Assembly: GCA_046583355.1 (NCBI GenBank)
Contig: JAYGCM010000053.1
Location: 1-28,562, forward strand
DNA: 28,562 nt
Reading direction: 5' to 3'
Source: Deltaproteobacteria bacterium
GTDB taxonomy: Bacteria; Desulfobacterota; Binatia; UBA12015
Shown: in pieces, positions 1 through 9,736 of the stretch
Position numbering within the stretch: the first letter of the stretch is position 1
Layout of the letters: the number at the start of each line of letters is the position of its first letter
Program-made: the position numbers and the translations under genes
Notes under the pieces: generated by a model
Told to the model about the DNA's origin: nothing
Seen by the model: the letters and a program-made list of their open reading frames with translations, nothing else
Databases searched by the model: none

Positions 1-216
1 TTCGAGCCCGATGATTTTCTCGACCGGGTGCATCTGAACGCGGCCGGGCAGGAAAAGCGGGCCCGCGCGGCGCACCGGGCAATTCTGCAGGCGCTGCGCG
101 AGGTGCCGGAGTTGGGCGCGGTGCGTCAACTGACTTGGCAGGCGGGCCGCTGGGGTACGCTCTCTCCGCGACCGAATGTAGCCTCGCCGCAGGCGGAGGC
201 TTTTCTCGTCGATTGA
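1..216 (+). CDS. C-terminal part of an SGNH/GDSL-hydrolase-like protein (5' end outside window)
   Basis: Frame 1 is open from base 1 and reads FEPDDFLDRVHLNAAGQ, resembling the SGNH block V DxxH(L/P)NxxG motif. Stop at 214-216. Confidence 0.55.
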   Translation, partial: FEPDDFLDRVHLNAAGQEKRARAAHRAILQALREVPELGAVRQLTWQAGRWGTLSPRPNVASPQAEAFLVD

Positions 217-240
217 GGTGGGCTCTGCTAGGTCCGGGGC

Positions 241-1386
241 ATGTTTGACCCGACTCTGACCGATGAACAAAATGCCCTGATCGATACCGCGCGCCGCTTC
301 GCCTTAGAGAAGATCATCCCCGTGGCGGGGAAATACGACGAGAGCGCCGAGTGGCCGATCGATGTCTTCACGGAGGCATGGGAGCTCGGCCTGATGAACG
401 TGGAGATACCGGAGGCATATGGCGGCCTGGGGTTCTCGACGATCGACGGCTGTCTGATTTCCAACGAGTTGGCCTTTGGTTGTGCCGGTATCGCGACCAG
501 CATCATGGGCAACCATCTTGCTTCCCTGCCGCTTCTCATCGCTGGAACCGAAGAGCAGAAGTCGAAATACCTCACGGCTCTGATGGATAAGCCGATTTTC
601 GCCTCCTACGCATGTAGCGAGCCGGAGGCGGGCTCGGATGTGGCCGGTATGCAATCGCGCCTCGTGCCCGATGGCGACGGCTGGATTTTGAATGGACAGA
701 AGCGTTGGATCACCAACGCCGGTCACGCCAGCTGGTATACCGGCTTTGCGACCACCGACCCTGCCTTGCGCCACAAGGGCATCGCGGCGTTTGTCGTGTC
801 GCGCGACCACCCGGGTGTCTCGGTTGGCAAAAAGGAAAACAAGCTCGGCCAGCGCGCGTCGGATACCTCGGATGTGATCTTCGAGGATGTGCGTCTGAGC
901 AAAGAGAATATGCTCGGCGAGCCGGGGCAGGGCTTCGGCATCGCGATGGAGACCTTCGACAAATCGCGCCCAATGATCGCCGCTATTTGTACGGGCTTGA
1001 TCCGCCGTTGTGCCGAGGAGTCGCGGGATTATGCGCTCCAGCGCAAGACCTTCGGTGTGCCGATTGCCCAACATCAGGCCATCCAATTCATGATCGCAGA
1101 GATGGTGATGGCCGAAGAAGCCGTGCGTCTGCTCTGGATGAAGGCGGCCTGGGAGGTCGATAATGGGGTCAAGCGGACGAGCACCTCGGCGATCGCCAAG
1201 GCCTTTGGCGCCGACCTCGCGATGAAATGTGCGGTCGATGCCGTGCAGGTCTTCGGTGGCTACGGCTATACGAAGGAATATCCCGTCGAAAAGCTGATGC
1301 GGGACGCGAAATTACTGCAGATCTACGAGGGTACGTCGCAGATCCAGCGCGTCGTGATCGCACGGAATTATCTCACGCGCTCCTGA
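241..1386 (+). CDS. Acyl-CoA dehydrogenase (medium-chain/ACADM-like)
   Basis: Motifs SEPEAGSD, NGQKRWITNA, RKTFGVPI, QVFGGYGY and IYEGTSQIQR; 381 aa. Confidence 0.95.
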   Translation: MFDPTLTDEQNALIDTARRFALEKIIPVAGKYDESAEWPIDVFTEAWELGLMNVEIPEAYGGLGFSTIDGCLISNELAFGCAGIATSIMGNHLASLPLLIAGTEEQKSKYLTALMDKPIFASYACSEPEAGSDVAGMQSRLVPDGDGWILNGQKRWITNAGHASWYTGFATTDPALRHKGIAAFVVSRDHPGVSVGKKENKLGQRASDTSDVIFEDVRLSKENMLGEPGQGFGIAMETFDKSRPMIAAICTGLIRRCAEESRDYALQRKTFGVPIAQHQAIQFMIAEMVMAEEAVRLLWMKAAWEVDNGVKRTSTSAIAKAFGADLAMKCAVDAVQVFGGYGYTKEYPVEKLMRDAKLLQIYEGTSQIQRVVIARNYLTRS

Positions 1387-1400
1387 TCATTGCGGTCGGC

Positions 1401-1427
1401 GGAGGCGGCAGGTAAATCGCCGCCTCC
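1401..1427 (+). promoter_or_regulatory. Perfect 9-bp GC stem-loop ending 1 nt before the likely rdgC-like start codon
   Basis: GGAGGCGGC (1401-1409) pairs with GCCGCCTCC (1419-1427); 9-nt loop; ATG at 1429. Confidence 0.55.
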
Positions 1428-1428
1428 T

Positions 1429-2067
1429 ATGGGATTTCTCTCTGCCAGCTCCACGATTGTCCGCCTGCACGCACAGGCACCCGCAAAACCCGACCGATCC
1501 GCCATGGTCGATGCGATCTCGCGTCATGCCTTCAAGGATGATGACGAGACCGGCCTGCCGCGCGAGGAGGCTTCGGGTTGGGTCGCGATTCACGACCCGA
1601 TGGTCACGTATTTCGACACATCGGATGTCTTCTTCCAGCAATATATGCTTGTCGGGTTTCGCTACGATAAGCGCAGCGTGCCGGCAAAGCTTGCCTGGAT
1701 GGAGCGCCGCGTGGCGGAGCGTGAGCGTCGCGAGCGCGATGGCGTCGAGCGGCTGACCCTTTCGATTCGGCGTGAGATCAAAGAAGAGGTCACCGATCGC
1801 CTGATGCAGAAGGCGCTTCCGGTGCCGCGCCTTTTTGAGTGCGCCTGGAACCTCAACACGGGTGTCGTCTATTTCACGACCCGCACTGGTACCGTGCAAG
1901 AGGCCTTCCAAACGGCCTTCCGGGAGACCTTCGGGATGTCACCGATGCCGATGATACCCTACCTGACAGCCGAGCATGTGGGGCTGAGTGCGAAGGTCGT
2001 TGATACCTTCCGCGCCGCGCCGCCGGCGCTGCTCATCGGCAACCACGCCGTGGGAGAAGACGCATGA
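1429..2067 (+). CDS. rdgC: RdgC-family recombination-associated protein (deltaproteobacterial type)
   Basis: Pattern MGFLSASSTIVR...SGWV...FRYDKRSVP...EIKEEV..RL...ALPVP...WN...G.VYF...F.ETFG matches the family as recalled. ATG 1429 preferred over TTG 1390. Confidence 0.72.
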   Translation: MGFLSASSTIVRLHAQAPAKPDRSAMVDAISRHAFKDDDETGLPREEASGWVAIHDPMVTYFDTSDVFFQQYMLVGFRYDKRSVPAKLAWMERRVAERERRERDGVERLTLSIRREIKEEVTDRLMQKALPVPRLFECAWNLNTGVVYFTTRTGTVQEAFQTAFRETFGMSPMPMIPYLTAEHVGLSAKVVDTFRAAPPALLIGNHAVGEDA

Positions 2068-2612
2068 CCGAAGATTTTATGCAGGTTGTTGAGACCACAC
2101 GTCACCTCGGCCGCGAGTTTCTCACCTGGCTGGTGCACCGAGTGGAAGAAGAGGGCGGCAAGATCGAGATCGGCAAGGACGCCTTCGAGGTGGTGCTCGG
2201 CGACCGTGTGCTGCTTGCCGGTGGCGGCGAGAGTCCGTCGCGTCTCACGATCTACGAAGAGGGCGATATGCGCCTGGAACTCGGCGCCGGCCTGCAGCGC
2301 GGCAAGCTGATCGACCGCGCGCAACTGGTTGTGACGCGCGGCGAGCAGCGCTTCGAGCTCACCTTCGACGGTGGCCTCTATACCTTCGACTCGCTGCGCC
2401 CGCCGAAGCTTGGCCCGCGTGACGAGTCGGCCAAGGACGACCCACGCGGGGCGCTGGAGAACGACCTCTTCCTGCGGCTTGCCGATATCGAAGAGTTGAC
2501 CGGAATCTTCGATAAGCTCTTTGCCGAGTTCGCCAGCCTGCGGGTCTCCGAGGCCTGGCAAAAGGAGGCGCTGCCTGAGTTGCGCCGCTGGGTTGCCGAA
2601 CTGGGCGCGTGA
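2064..2612 (+). CDS. RdgC-associated hypothetical protein (LGREFLTWL family)
   Basis: HLGREFLTWL near the N-terminus and F..F..LR.S..W near the C-terminus; ATGA overlap with the upstream gene. Confidence 0.7.
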   Translation: MTEDFMQVVETTRHLGREFLTWLVHRVEEEGGKIEIGKDAFEVVLGDRVLLAGGGESPSRLTIYEEGDMRLELGAGLQRGKLIDRAQLVVTRGEQRFELTFDGGLYTFDSLRPPKLGPRDESAKDDPRGALENDLFLRLADIEELTGIFDKLFAEFASLRVSEAWQKEALPELRRWVAELGA

Positions 2613-3256
2613 GCCTGCGTTTCTGCTATTGCAGGGCCAGGATGGGGTGGTGGAGAGGTCTGGTGGTGGTCTGCCTGCTGGCATCGGCTTGTGCCGGTGC
2701 GCGGCCGCAGGAGCCGCATAACCTCTGCTCGGTCTTCCGCCAGCGCCCGGATTGGTACGAAGCCGCGCGCGCCTCCTACCGTCGCTGGGGAGTTCCGGTG
2801 CCGACGCAGCTTGCCGTCATTCACCGTGAGTCGTCTTTCCGCGCCAACGCGCGGCCGCCGCGGCGATGGTATCTCGGCTTCATCCCCGGCGCACGCGCCT
2901 CGACGGCATACGGCTACGGCCAGGTTCTCGATGCGACCTGGGAGCGCTACCGCGCGGCGACCGATAATGGCTGGGCCGACCGCGACGATTTCGCCGACGT
3001 GACTGATTTCATCGGCTGGTACGGCGACGTCGGCCAGAAACGCTACGGCATCTCGAAGCGTGACGCCGCGTCCTTCTATGCCTCCTACCATGTCGGCCAC
3101 GCGGGTTTTCGCCGCGGGCTCCACCGCAAGAATGCGACGGCCAGCCGAGCGGTGCGCGATGTGCGCCGCCGCGCGAGCCTCTACACCGAGCAATATCGGC
3201 TCTGCCGGGCGGAACTCGACGACGCCGTCGACGGCTCCTGGTGGTGGCCCTTTTAG
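2609..3256 (+). CDS. Lytic transglycosylase SLT-like probable lipoprotein
   Basis: Motifs NLCSVF, IHRESSF (catalytic Glu), ARPPRR, STAYGYGQ and ADRDDFAD..DFIGWY; hydrophobic leader ending LASAC. Start is GTG 2609 (GTGA overlap) or ATG 2642. Confidence 0.85.
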   Translation: MSLRFCYCRARMGWWRGLVVVCLLASACAGARPQEPHNLCSVFRQRPDWYEAARASYRRWGVPVPTQLAVIHRESSFRANARPPRRWYLGFIPGARASTAYGYGQVLDATWERYRAATDNGWADRDDFADVTDFIGWYGDVGQKRYGISKRDAASFYASYHVGHAGFRRGLHRKNATASRAVRDVRRRASLYTEQYRLCRAELDDAVDGSWWWPF

Positions 3257-3296
3257 CCCTGCTCGGTCTGCCTCAAGCTGTCCGGCAGGTTTCGAC

Positions 3297-4493
3297 TCAG
3301 GCTCTCAACTCGACCGGCATAGTTTCGATGCCAGTGATGAAATTCGAGTTGCGCCACGGCAGCTCGGCATCGCTGCAGAGTGCGAGCTCTGGCGCGCGCG
3401 CCAGGATCTCTTCGAACATCACCCGGATCTCCAAGCGAGCGAGGCTGGCACCCAAGCAGAAATGAGCGCCGAAGCCGCCGAAGGCCAGATGGTCGTTCGG
3501 TGTGCGCTCGGTGTCGAAGCGGAAGGGGTTCTCGAAGATCTCTTCATCGCGGTTCGCGGACGGGTAGAGGAGGAGGACCTTGTCGCCCTTGGGGATTTTC
3601 TGGCCGCGGATCTCGACGTCTTCGGTGGCTGTACGCGCCATATTTTTGATCGGCGTGACCCAGCGCAGCATCTCTTCGACCGCCAGCGGAATTCCGGAAG
3701 GGTCATCAATGAGTCGTTGGCGCTGGTCGTCATGCAAAAGAAGCTGCTGCATGCCGCCGCTGATGACGTGGCGTGTGGTCTCGTCGCCGCCAACGAGAAT
3801 CAACAAGGTTTCATGGAGCAATGCCTCGTCGTCCAGCATGGCGCCCTTGATACGGGCGTGCACGAGGACGCTGATCAGGTCGTCTTGAGGTGGCCGTGCG
3901 CGGCGATCGGCGACGGTTTTCTGGTTGTACTCAAGATATTCGAGGAACGAGGCGGTCGACCGCTCCAGTACTTCCGGCGGCGCGGTAAACGAGGTGCCGC
4001 TGACCATCTCGTCGGACCAGCGCAGTAGCATATCGCGGTCTTTGGGCTCGACGCCCAGCATATCGCCGATCATGATCATCGGTAGCGGCGCCGCAATATC
4101 GCGCACGAAATCGCAGGATCCCTCGGCGCGCGCCTTGACCCGGGCACGGTCGACGATCTCGGCGCAAATCTCGCGAATTCGGGCTTCGTGGTCGGCGATG
4201 CGCCGCGGCGTGAAGCCTTTGTTGACCAGAGCGCGGCGCTGGCGATGCTCGGGGTCGTCCATATTGATCATCGAGGGCAGCGGCGGCGAGTCGGGGCGCA
4301 TGCCCTCACTATTGGTGAAGAGTTTGGGACTCTTCGAGATCTCCTGGATATCGGCGTGCTTCGTGATGCCCCAGAGTTCGCTCACCTGATCGCGGTAGAC
4401 CGGTGCATTCTCGCGCAGCCAGGTCAGGCCCGGATGCGGATTATTTGCCCAGAAGAGGCCGTCGAGAAGATGGATATCAGCGTAGTTCGGCAT
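3297..4493 (-). CDS. cyp142: Cytochrome P450, CYP142-like (sterol side-chain C26/27 monooxygenase family)
   Basis: ETLLILVGGDETTRH I-helix, EEMLRWVTPIKNM, CDFVRDIAAPLPM and heme motif HLAFGGFGAHFCLG closely resemble mycobacterial CYP142 as recalled. Confidence 0.85.
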   Translation of the reverse strand: MPNYADIHLLDGLFWANNPHPGLTWLRENAPVYRDQVSELWGITKHADIQEISKSPKLFTNSEGMRPDSPPLPSMINMDDPEHRQRRALVNKGFTPRRIADHEARIREICAEIVDRARVKARAEGSCDFVRDIAAPLPMIMIGDMLGVEPKDRDMLLRWSDEMVSGTSFTAPPEVLERSTASFLEYLEYNQKTVADRRARPPQDDLISVLVHARIKGAMLDDEALLHETLLILVGGDETTRHVISGGMQQLLLHDDQRQRLIDDPSGIPLAVEEMLRWVTPIKNMARTATEDVEIRGQKIPKGDKVLLLYPSANRDEEIFENPFRFDTERTPNDHLAFGGFGAHFCLGASLARLEIRVMFEEILARAPELALCSDAELPWRNSNFITGIETMPVELRA

Positions 4494-4580
4494 GGCGTTT
4501 CTTAGCGAGTCGAGCCGCCTCGCTCAACGAACGTCCGTTGGGCTTTGCTCCCCGCCATGCTGCATAGCGAGGCTTGCCGG

Positions 4581-6443
4581 TCAGGGGCGGTACCAGACCG
4601 GAGAGGTGTAGGCGCGTTCCTGGATCCACCAAGGGTAGTCCTGCTCGGTGGCATCCAGGCCGAGCGCGACCATATCGAAGGTGGAATGCCGTGGGGTCGG
4701 GATTTCGAGCACGCGGATATAGTAGAAGGCTTTGGCGGACGGGTCGAAATCCGGATCGCTCCAGGTGGCGTGCAGCTCAGGGGCGCCGATCGTATTGGTA
4801 TAGCTCGCCGCCGCGGGGTTCACGGTATTGCCCACCGCGGGCACCTTTCCGTCTGAGCCGCGGGCTCGCTCGCCGGACCATGCGATGTCGATGACCTTCT
4901 CGAAGGCCTCGCCACCACGCGTCCAGCCCTTGATGATCTGCACGCGGTCGAGGTTCGCGCTCTTCGGGTCCTTCAGGGCATGCACCCGGAAACGCGGCTG
5001 CGCGTCCAAAGGTGCATTCGTGAGTTCGCCGCCCATCGGTACGGCATCGTTCACGGCTGTGTCTGCGCCGGCCGCAGCATGGGCGGGCATCTGCCAATCG
5101 GCGAAGACCTCCACCATCAGGCGCGGTCCGGTAGTCGCGTAGACCTCGCGGCGGCGAAAGGCCTCGAGGATGGCCGTGCGCGTATTCTCCTCGGCCCAGA
5201 CGGCCGCCAGACCTTGGGCCGCCATACTCCAGCCGGTCGGGCCGCCGCCATCGCTGCCGGTCCGCCATGAGGGTGCTTTGTTCTCGGGAACCGAGTCACG
5301 TGCCAATTTCCCCCAGAAATTGGGCTCCTCGGCCGAAGCCATGCTGGTATGCGAATCGGTCGAGCCGATCAGGCCGAAGGCGTAGGGGTTGAAGCCGATT
5401 TTTTCTTCGATCAGCATCCCGCGCTTGAGGGCGCTGCGGATATAATCTCCCTCGCTCGCCTCGTAGGGCGGGGCATCCTGCTGGATATAATGTGAGTAAA
5501 GCTCAAAGTCGGCAAAGGCATCGTCGGGCGAGAGGTCCGGGTGGGTCTCGGAATCGCCTTTGATCTGGGTGGCCTCGGCCACCGGCTCCAAGCGCATGCG
5601 CTGCTCGGCCTTGGCGCGCGTATAGGCACCGCTTTTCAGCAGGCCGTCGCCGAACATATACCCTTTGGAAATATTCGAATTATGCGGGATCGCCACGAAC
5701 TCGGCGCCGGTGGTCGCGGTGGTCTCGTCGAGCCAGGTCCAAAGGTCTTCGGGGTACATGCTGATTGCGGAGCTGAAGGGCAGAAATTTCGCGGCGACGG
5801 TGGCGTCGGAATCTGTGAAGACGACGCGGTGAAGATTGGCGCCGGCCGGCACGGAGCTCCACTCCCAGCCGATCAATGCCGTGAACGTGCCTGGGTTGTT
5901 GTGTAGATCGGCCGTGGCTACCGCCTCGCGCCAGGTACTCCACGACATCGCTTCGGTTGCGGGAATTCCCGTATCCAGCTTGATCGCCGCAGCGTCTTCG
6001 ACCGGCTGCGGCTCGGGCAGGAAGGAGCGGAAGGCTTCGGTACCCTTATCGTCCTCGATGACGCCGCGCAGCCAATACTCAACGCCGATGGCCTTGACCC
6101 AATCGACCCAGCCGAGTTGGTCGCGGGGGATTTCTTCCTCGACAACGGTGCGGATGACGCCCAGCAATTCGGCGTGGTCGGCGATCACCAGGAAATCCAG
6201 CGGCGTCTGAATCTGTACTCGCGCGCGGTGGTAGGGGTGGATAACGGGCAGGCCCTTGGCGTAGTTGTAGGCGGTTTCCGCATCGGCCGAATTGTTGCGG
6301 TTCAGGTAGGCGTCAAACGAGTTGCTGGTATGAAGGTGGGTGTCGCCGAAAAGCAGCTCCCGCGCGCTGGCCGGGCTAGCGGCCAGGGTGGCGAGAAGAA
6401 GGGCGGCGATCCAGCCGGCGAACCTGTAACGGGAGATCTGCAT
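4581..6443 (-). CDS. DUF3604 family secreted protein (PHP-like metal-binding motifs)
   Basis: Signal peptide ending ASA; motifs FGDTHLHTSNSFDA, DFLVIADH, IPHNSNIS, GSTDSH, REVYATTGPR and IQERAYTSPVWY. Confidence 0.9.
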   Translation of the reverse strand: MQISRYRFAGWIAALLLATLAASPASARELLFGDTHLHTSNSFDAYLNRNNSADAETAYNYAKGLPVIHPYHRARVQIQTPLDFLVIADHAELLGVIRTVVEEEIPRDQLGWVDWVKAIGVEYWLRGVIEDDKGTEAFRSFLPEPQPVEDAAAIKLDTGIPATEAMSWSTWREAVATADLHNNPGTFTALIGWEWSSVPAGANLHRVVFTDSDATVAAKFLPFSSAISMYPEDLWTWLDETTATTGAEFVAIPHNSNISKGYMFGDGLLKSGAYTRAKAEQRMRLEPVAEATQIKGDSETHPDLSPDDAFADFELYSHYIQQDAPPYEASEGDYIRSALKRGMLIEEKIGFNPYAFGLIGSTDSHTSMASAEEPNFWGKLARDSVPENKAPSWRTGSDGGGPTGWSMAAQGLAAVWAEENTRTAILEAFRRREVYATTGPRLMVEVFADWQMPAHAAAGADTAVNDAVPMGGELTNAPLDAQPRFRVHALKDPKSANLDRVQIIKGWTRGGEAFEKVIDIAWSGERARGSDGKVPAVGNTVNPAAASYTNTIGAPELHATWSDPDFDPSAKAFYYIRVLEIPTPRHSTFDMVALGLDATEQDYPWWIQERAYTSPVWYRP

Positions 6444-6500
6444 CCGCTTCTTTCAGCCCATGCCTGCGTGCTTGTCCAGCGGCCGCATTCGGCCATGTGT

Positions 6501-7688
6501 TCAGGCGGCTTGCGGAAAGCGGGTGCGGACGCCGGCCGAGAGCGCGGTGAAGAGCGCCTCGCGCTCTTCACCGTCTTCTTCGGTCTCTATTTTGACGCCG
6601 AAGCGATGTTTGTCGGCGAGGCTGCGTGCCGCGGCGAGACGAATGGATCCGCGATCTTCCAGGATGCCGGCAACCCCCGGCACCCATTGGCGCGCGGTAC
6701 CGACCGCAAAGCTGCCGGCCCGGATGGCGAGGAGCAGAGGGTCGGGCAGCAGGTTTTCCTTCACGCCGAACCATTCGCCGCCGGAGAGGTGAATGAAAAG
6801 ATTACGGATGAAATTTCTCTGGATCGGGCCGGCCTTCATGATGCCGCCGACGGTCTTCACCGCGATATCGAGGTAGGTCTCGCCGAAGAACTCCGGGAAG
6901 GCCTGATGGGCGACCAATGCGCTCCAGAGTTCGCTTTCTTCTTGCAGAGATTCGGTGAGCAGGGCTTCGTCAATGCCGAGGAGCCAGCCGACGTAGCGCC
7001 AGAGATGATGGTGCGCGGCGAGATCGTCGTCGGAGAGAACAACGCCGAGGCGGCAGAGTGAGCGCAGGTTCAGGTAGTCAAAGAGCCCCAGCGTCATGGC
7101 GAGCATGGTCTGGTCGAGCGGTTCGCCAACATAGGCTTCGGTGAAGCCGGGGCTTTTTTTGATCCAGGAGCGAATGGAACCGTGCAGGAGCCGCACACGT
7201 ACGGCGGTCTCGAAGCCGAGAGCGCCCGGCTCGAGCCCGCCCGGCTCGAGGATGGCGCCGATGAAGGCCCCGGTCTCCTGGATGCGGCGGGAAGGGTCGC
7301 TGCCCAGCCGCCCGGTCGAGTTCGTGACCAGAGTGGCGCGTCCGAAGACGGCTCCGGCAAAGAGGCTATGCATCAGCGAGAGGCCGTAATGGTGGGTGAA
7401 GCTGAGGGCGACACGCTGGCCGTGCTCGATCATCTCGGCGTCGAACCAGGCCGGCTTGTGCTCGGCGCGCTCGAAAAAAGCCACCGCCCGTGGTTCGCCC
7501 TCCTTGGCGAGCACGCGTAAGTTGGCGAGCTGCGAGCCATCGGGGTCGTAGCGCTCTTCGTGTAGAGCCACCGTGGCGGCGTCGGCCTCGGGGTCGCCGC
7601 GGTGCATGAAGTCATCGAGCAGGTCGCGTGTGAAACGGCCGCTGAAGCGCGCCTGGCTCGGGTGGATGATTTCGTTTGGGTTCTGCAT
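6501..7688 (-). CDS. MpaB/DUF2236 (Lcp rubber oxygenase-like) family oxygenase
   Basis: GDPEADA, P.WFD....GQ, RRIQETG, VRVRLLHGSIR (conserved His) and HLWRYVGWLLGI. ATG 7688 has a GAGGGG Shine-Dalgarno. Confidence 0.85.
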   Translation of the reverse strand: MQNPNEIIHPSQARFSGRFTRDLLDDFMHRGDPEADAATVALHEERYDPDGSQLANLRVLAKEGEPRAVAFFERAEHKPAWFDAEMIEHGQRVALSFTHHYGLSLMHSLFAGAVFGRATLVTNSTGRLGSDPSRRIQETGAFIGAILEPGGLEPGALGFETAVRVRLLHGSIRSWIKKSPGFTEAYVGEPLDQTMLAMTLGLFDYLNLRSLCRLGVVLSDDDLAAHHHLWRYVGWLLGIDEALLTESLQEESELWSALVAHQAFPEFFGETYLDIAVKTVGGIMKAGPIQRNFIRNLFIHLSGGEWFGVKENLLPDPLLLAIRAGSFAVGTARQWVPGVAGILEDRGSIRLAAARSLADKHRFGVKIETEEDGEEREALFTALSAGVRTRFPQAA

Positions 7689-7819
7689 GGTGGTGAACCC
7701 CTCAAGAGTAGCAGAGGTCGGGCGTGGAAAAAGGAGCGGCTCCTCACGGGGTTCACGCAGCGGGGGCGTGTGGTGCTGGCAATCCTTTCCGACGTCTCCG
7801 ATACTGCGGGTAGAAACGC

Positions 7820-8335
7820 ATGGGAACTCGCACACCGACACGACCGGATACCTCGCGGAAGCCGGGGCGCATCACGGCTGAAGGCTACCGATTGCTCGAG
7901 GAGCAATCCGAAGCGCTCTGGGCCGAAGCCCGCACCATGGCAGAAAATGTGCGCATTGCCGCGGCCGAGGGCGACCGTTCCGAGAACGCTGAGTATATTT
8001 ACGGCAAGATGAAGCTCGGCCAGATCCACAAAAAATTGCGTTTTCTCAGCAACCGGATCGAAGCGCTGCAGATCGTGCCAATGCCGCCGCCGGATGACGG
8101 CCGCGTGCATTTTGGCTGCTGGGTCGAAATCGAAGACGATGAGGGGGAAACCCAAGTCTGGCGTCTCGTCGGTCCCGACGAGACCGAGCGCAGTCCCGAT
8201 TATATCAGTTCGGACTCGCCGATGGCGCGCGCGTTACTCGGACGGGCGCTTGACGATGAAATCGTTGTCAAGCGCCCGATCGGTGATCTCGAGGCCGTCA
8301 TCGTCGCCGTTTTCGTCACCGACCCCGGCCTCTAG
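7820..8335 (+). CDS. greB: Transcription elongation factor GreB
   Basis: AAAEGDRSENAEYIYGK, VHFGCWV, LVGPDE and ISSDSPMARALLG. Confidence 0.92.
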   Translation: MGTRTPTRPDTSRKPGRITAEGYRLLEEQSEALWAEARTMAENVRIAAAEGDRSENAEYIYGKMKLGQIHKKLRFLSNRIEALQIVPMPPPDDGRVHFGCWVEIEDDEGETQVWRLVGPDETERSPDYISSDSPMARALLGRALDDEIVVKRPIGDLEAVIVAVFVTDPGL

Positions 8336-9564
8336 GATAGGCGCACGGGCATGGTCTCGTAGCGGTGCCAGAGGGGCAGGCGTTGCAGGCGCAGCTCTTC
8401 GCGGGGCACGGCGAGGCGCAGGTTCGGGAAGCGGGCAAAGAGAGCGGGCAGGGCGATACGTGCTTCCATGCGGGCAAGCGCAGCGCCCAGGCAGATATGC
8501 GGGCCGTGGCCGAAGGCGAGGTGGTGGTTCGGTTGGCGCTGGATGTCGAATTGCAGCGGATTGTCGAAGACGCGTGGGTCGATATTGGCAGCCCCCAGGA
8601 CAGGGAAGACGGCGCTGCCGCGCGGAATGACGTGGCCGTGCATCTCGAAATCGGAGATCGCGAATTGTGGTTTGGTTCCGTGAATCGGGCCGCAGAAGCG
8701 CAGAAGCTCTTCCACTGCTGAACCGATCAGCCCGGGTTCCTGCTGCAATTGTTCGAGCGCCTCGGGGTGCTCCAATAATGTGAGCACGCTGTTGGAGAGC
8801 AGGTGTACGGTGGTTTCGTAGCCGGCGATGATCAGCAGGAAGACCATCGCGACGAGTTCGTCTTCGCTGAGACACTCACCGTCTTCTTCGGCATGGATCA
8901 GCGCGGTGAGGATATCGTCGCCGGGGTCGGCCCGCTTGCGGGCAATCATTCCGCGGAGGAATACGGCCGTCCTGGGCAGGTCGAGGAAAAAGGTGCGAAA
9001 GAGCGCCCAGCCCGACAGGCCGCTCGAGAGTACGCGTAATCCGTCGCGGAGCTGCGGCATCTCGTCGGCGGAGACGCCGAGCATCTCGCTGATCATGCGC
9101 ACGGGAATTGGTAGGGACCAGTCGCGGGTCAGGTCGAACGGGCCTGTGCCGTCCAGCGAGTCGAGTAATTCTGTGGTGATCGTCTCGACGCGGCCTTCGA
9201 GTTTGCGCATGGCCGTGGGCGTGAATGCCTTCTGTACAAGGCTGCGCAATCGGCGGTGCTCGGGATCGTCTTCGACGATCATGCCCTGGGCAAGCAACGC
9301 GACGGACTTTGGCATCGGAATGGGCACACGCCGACCGCCGGTTGCGGTCGCGCGGTTGCGTACGAAGCGCTTGTCGGTGGTCAATTGCAGGCAATCGGCA
9401 TGGCGCGAAATCAGCCAGCAGGGAATGACGGCCACCCGTCCCCGACAAAGCGGCGCCTCTTCGAGCATCCATTGGTAATGTTCGGGCTTGTAGTCGATGA
9501 AGCGGCGCGAGATCAGGTTGGGGCGCAGCCTTGGGACGCTGGACATCGTGATACGTGCGATCAT
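8332..9564 (-). CDS. Cytochrome P450 (CYP107-like bacterial type)
   Basis: DDPEHRRLR, LIIAGYETT, EELLR and HLAFGHGPHICLG. Alternative start at 9546. Its stop overlaps the greB stop (CTAG). Confidence 0.92.
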   Translation of the reverse strand: MIARITMSSVPRLRPNLISRRFIDYKPEHYQWMLEEAPLCRGRVAVIPCWLISRHADCLQLTTDKRFVRNRATATGGRRVPIPMPKSVALLAQGMIVEDDPEHRRLRSLVQKAFTPTAMRKLEGRVETITTELLDSLDGTGPFDLTRDWSLPIPVRMISEMLGVSADEMPQLRDGLRVLSSGLSGWALFRTFFLDLPRTAVFLRGMIARKRADPGDDILTALIHAEEDGECLSEDELVAMVFLLIIAGYETTVHLLSNSVLTLLEHPEALEQLQQEPGLIGSAVEELLRFCGPIHGTKPQFAISDFEMHGHVIPRGSAVFPVLGAANIDPRVFDNPLQFDIQRQPNHHLAFGHGPHICLGAALARMEARIALPALFARFPNLRLAVPREELRLQRLPLWHRYETMPVRLS

Positions 9565-9736
9565 CCACTACGCGCCTATCGTAAACTGGGCTGCAGTTCT
9601 ATCGTCTTGTGCGGAGCAATGGTGGTGGGCTGGCCGACGCGAGAGCAGGCCAAAGCCTTGCGGAGGGGCGTTTGACGGCCGCGTCCGAGACGTGGGAAGG
9701 GCTATGGGCGTTCCCTCCGGGAACCGGGGGGAATAG

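Noticed and set aside
3255..3270. AGCCCTGCTCGGTCTG (and AGCCCTGCTC near 19655) as degenerate copies of the 25-bp element
   Set aside because: Matches are only 10-13 nt in GC-rich DNA and cannot be distinguished from chance without a genome-wide search.
9568..9584. CTACG...CGTAA upstream of the P450/MFS pair as another TetR operator
   Set aside because: The spacer is 7 nt rather than 4.
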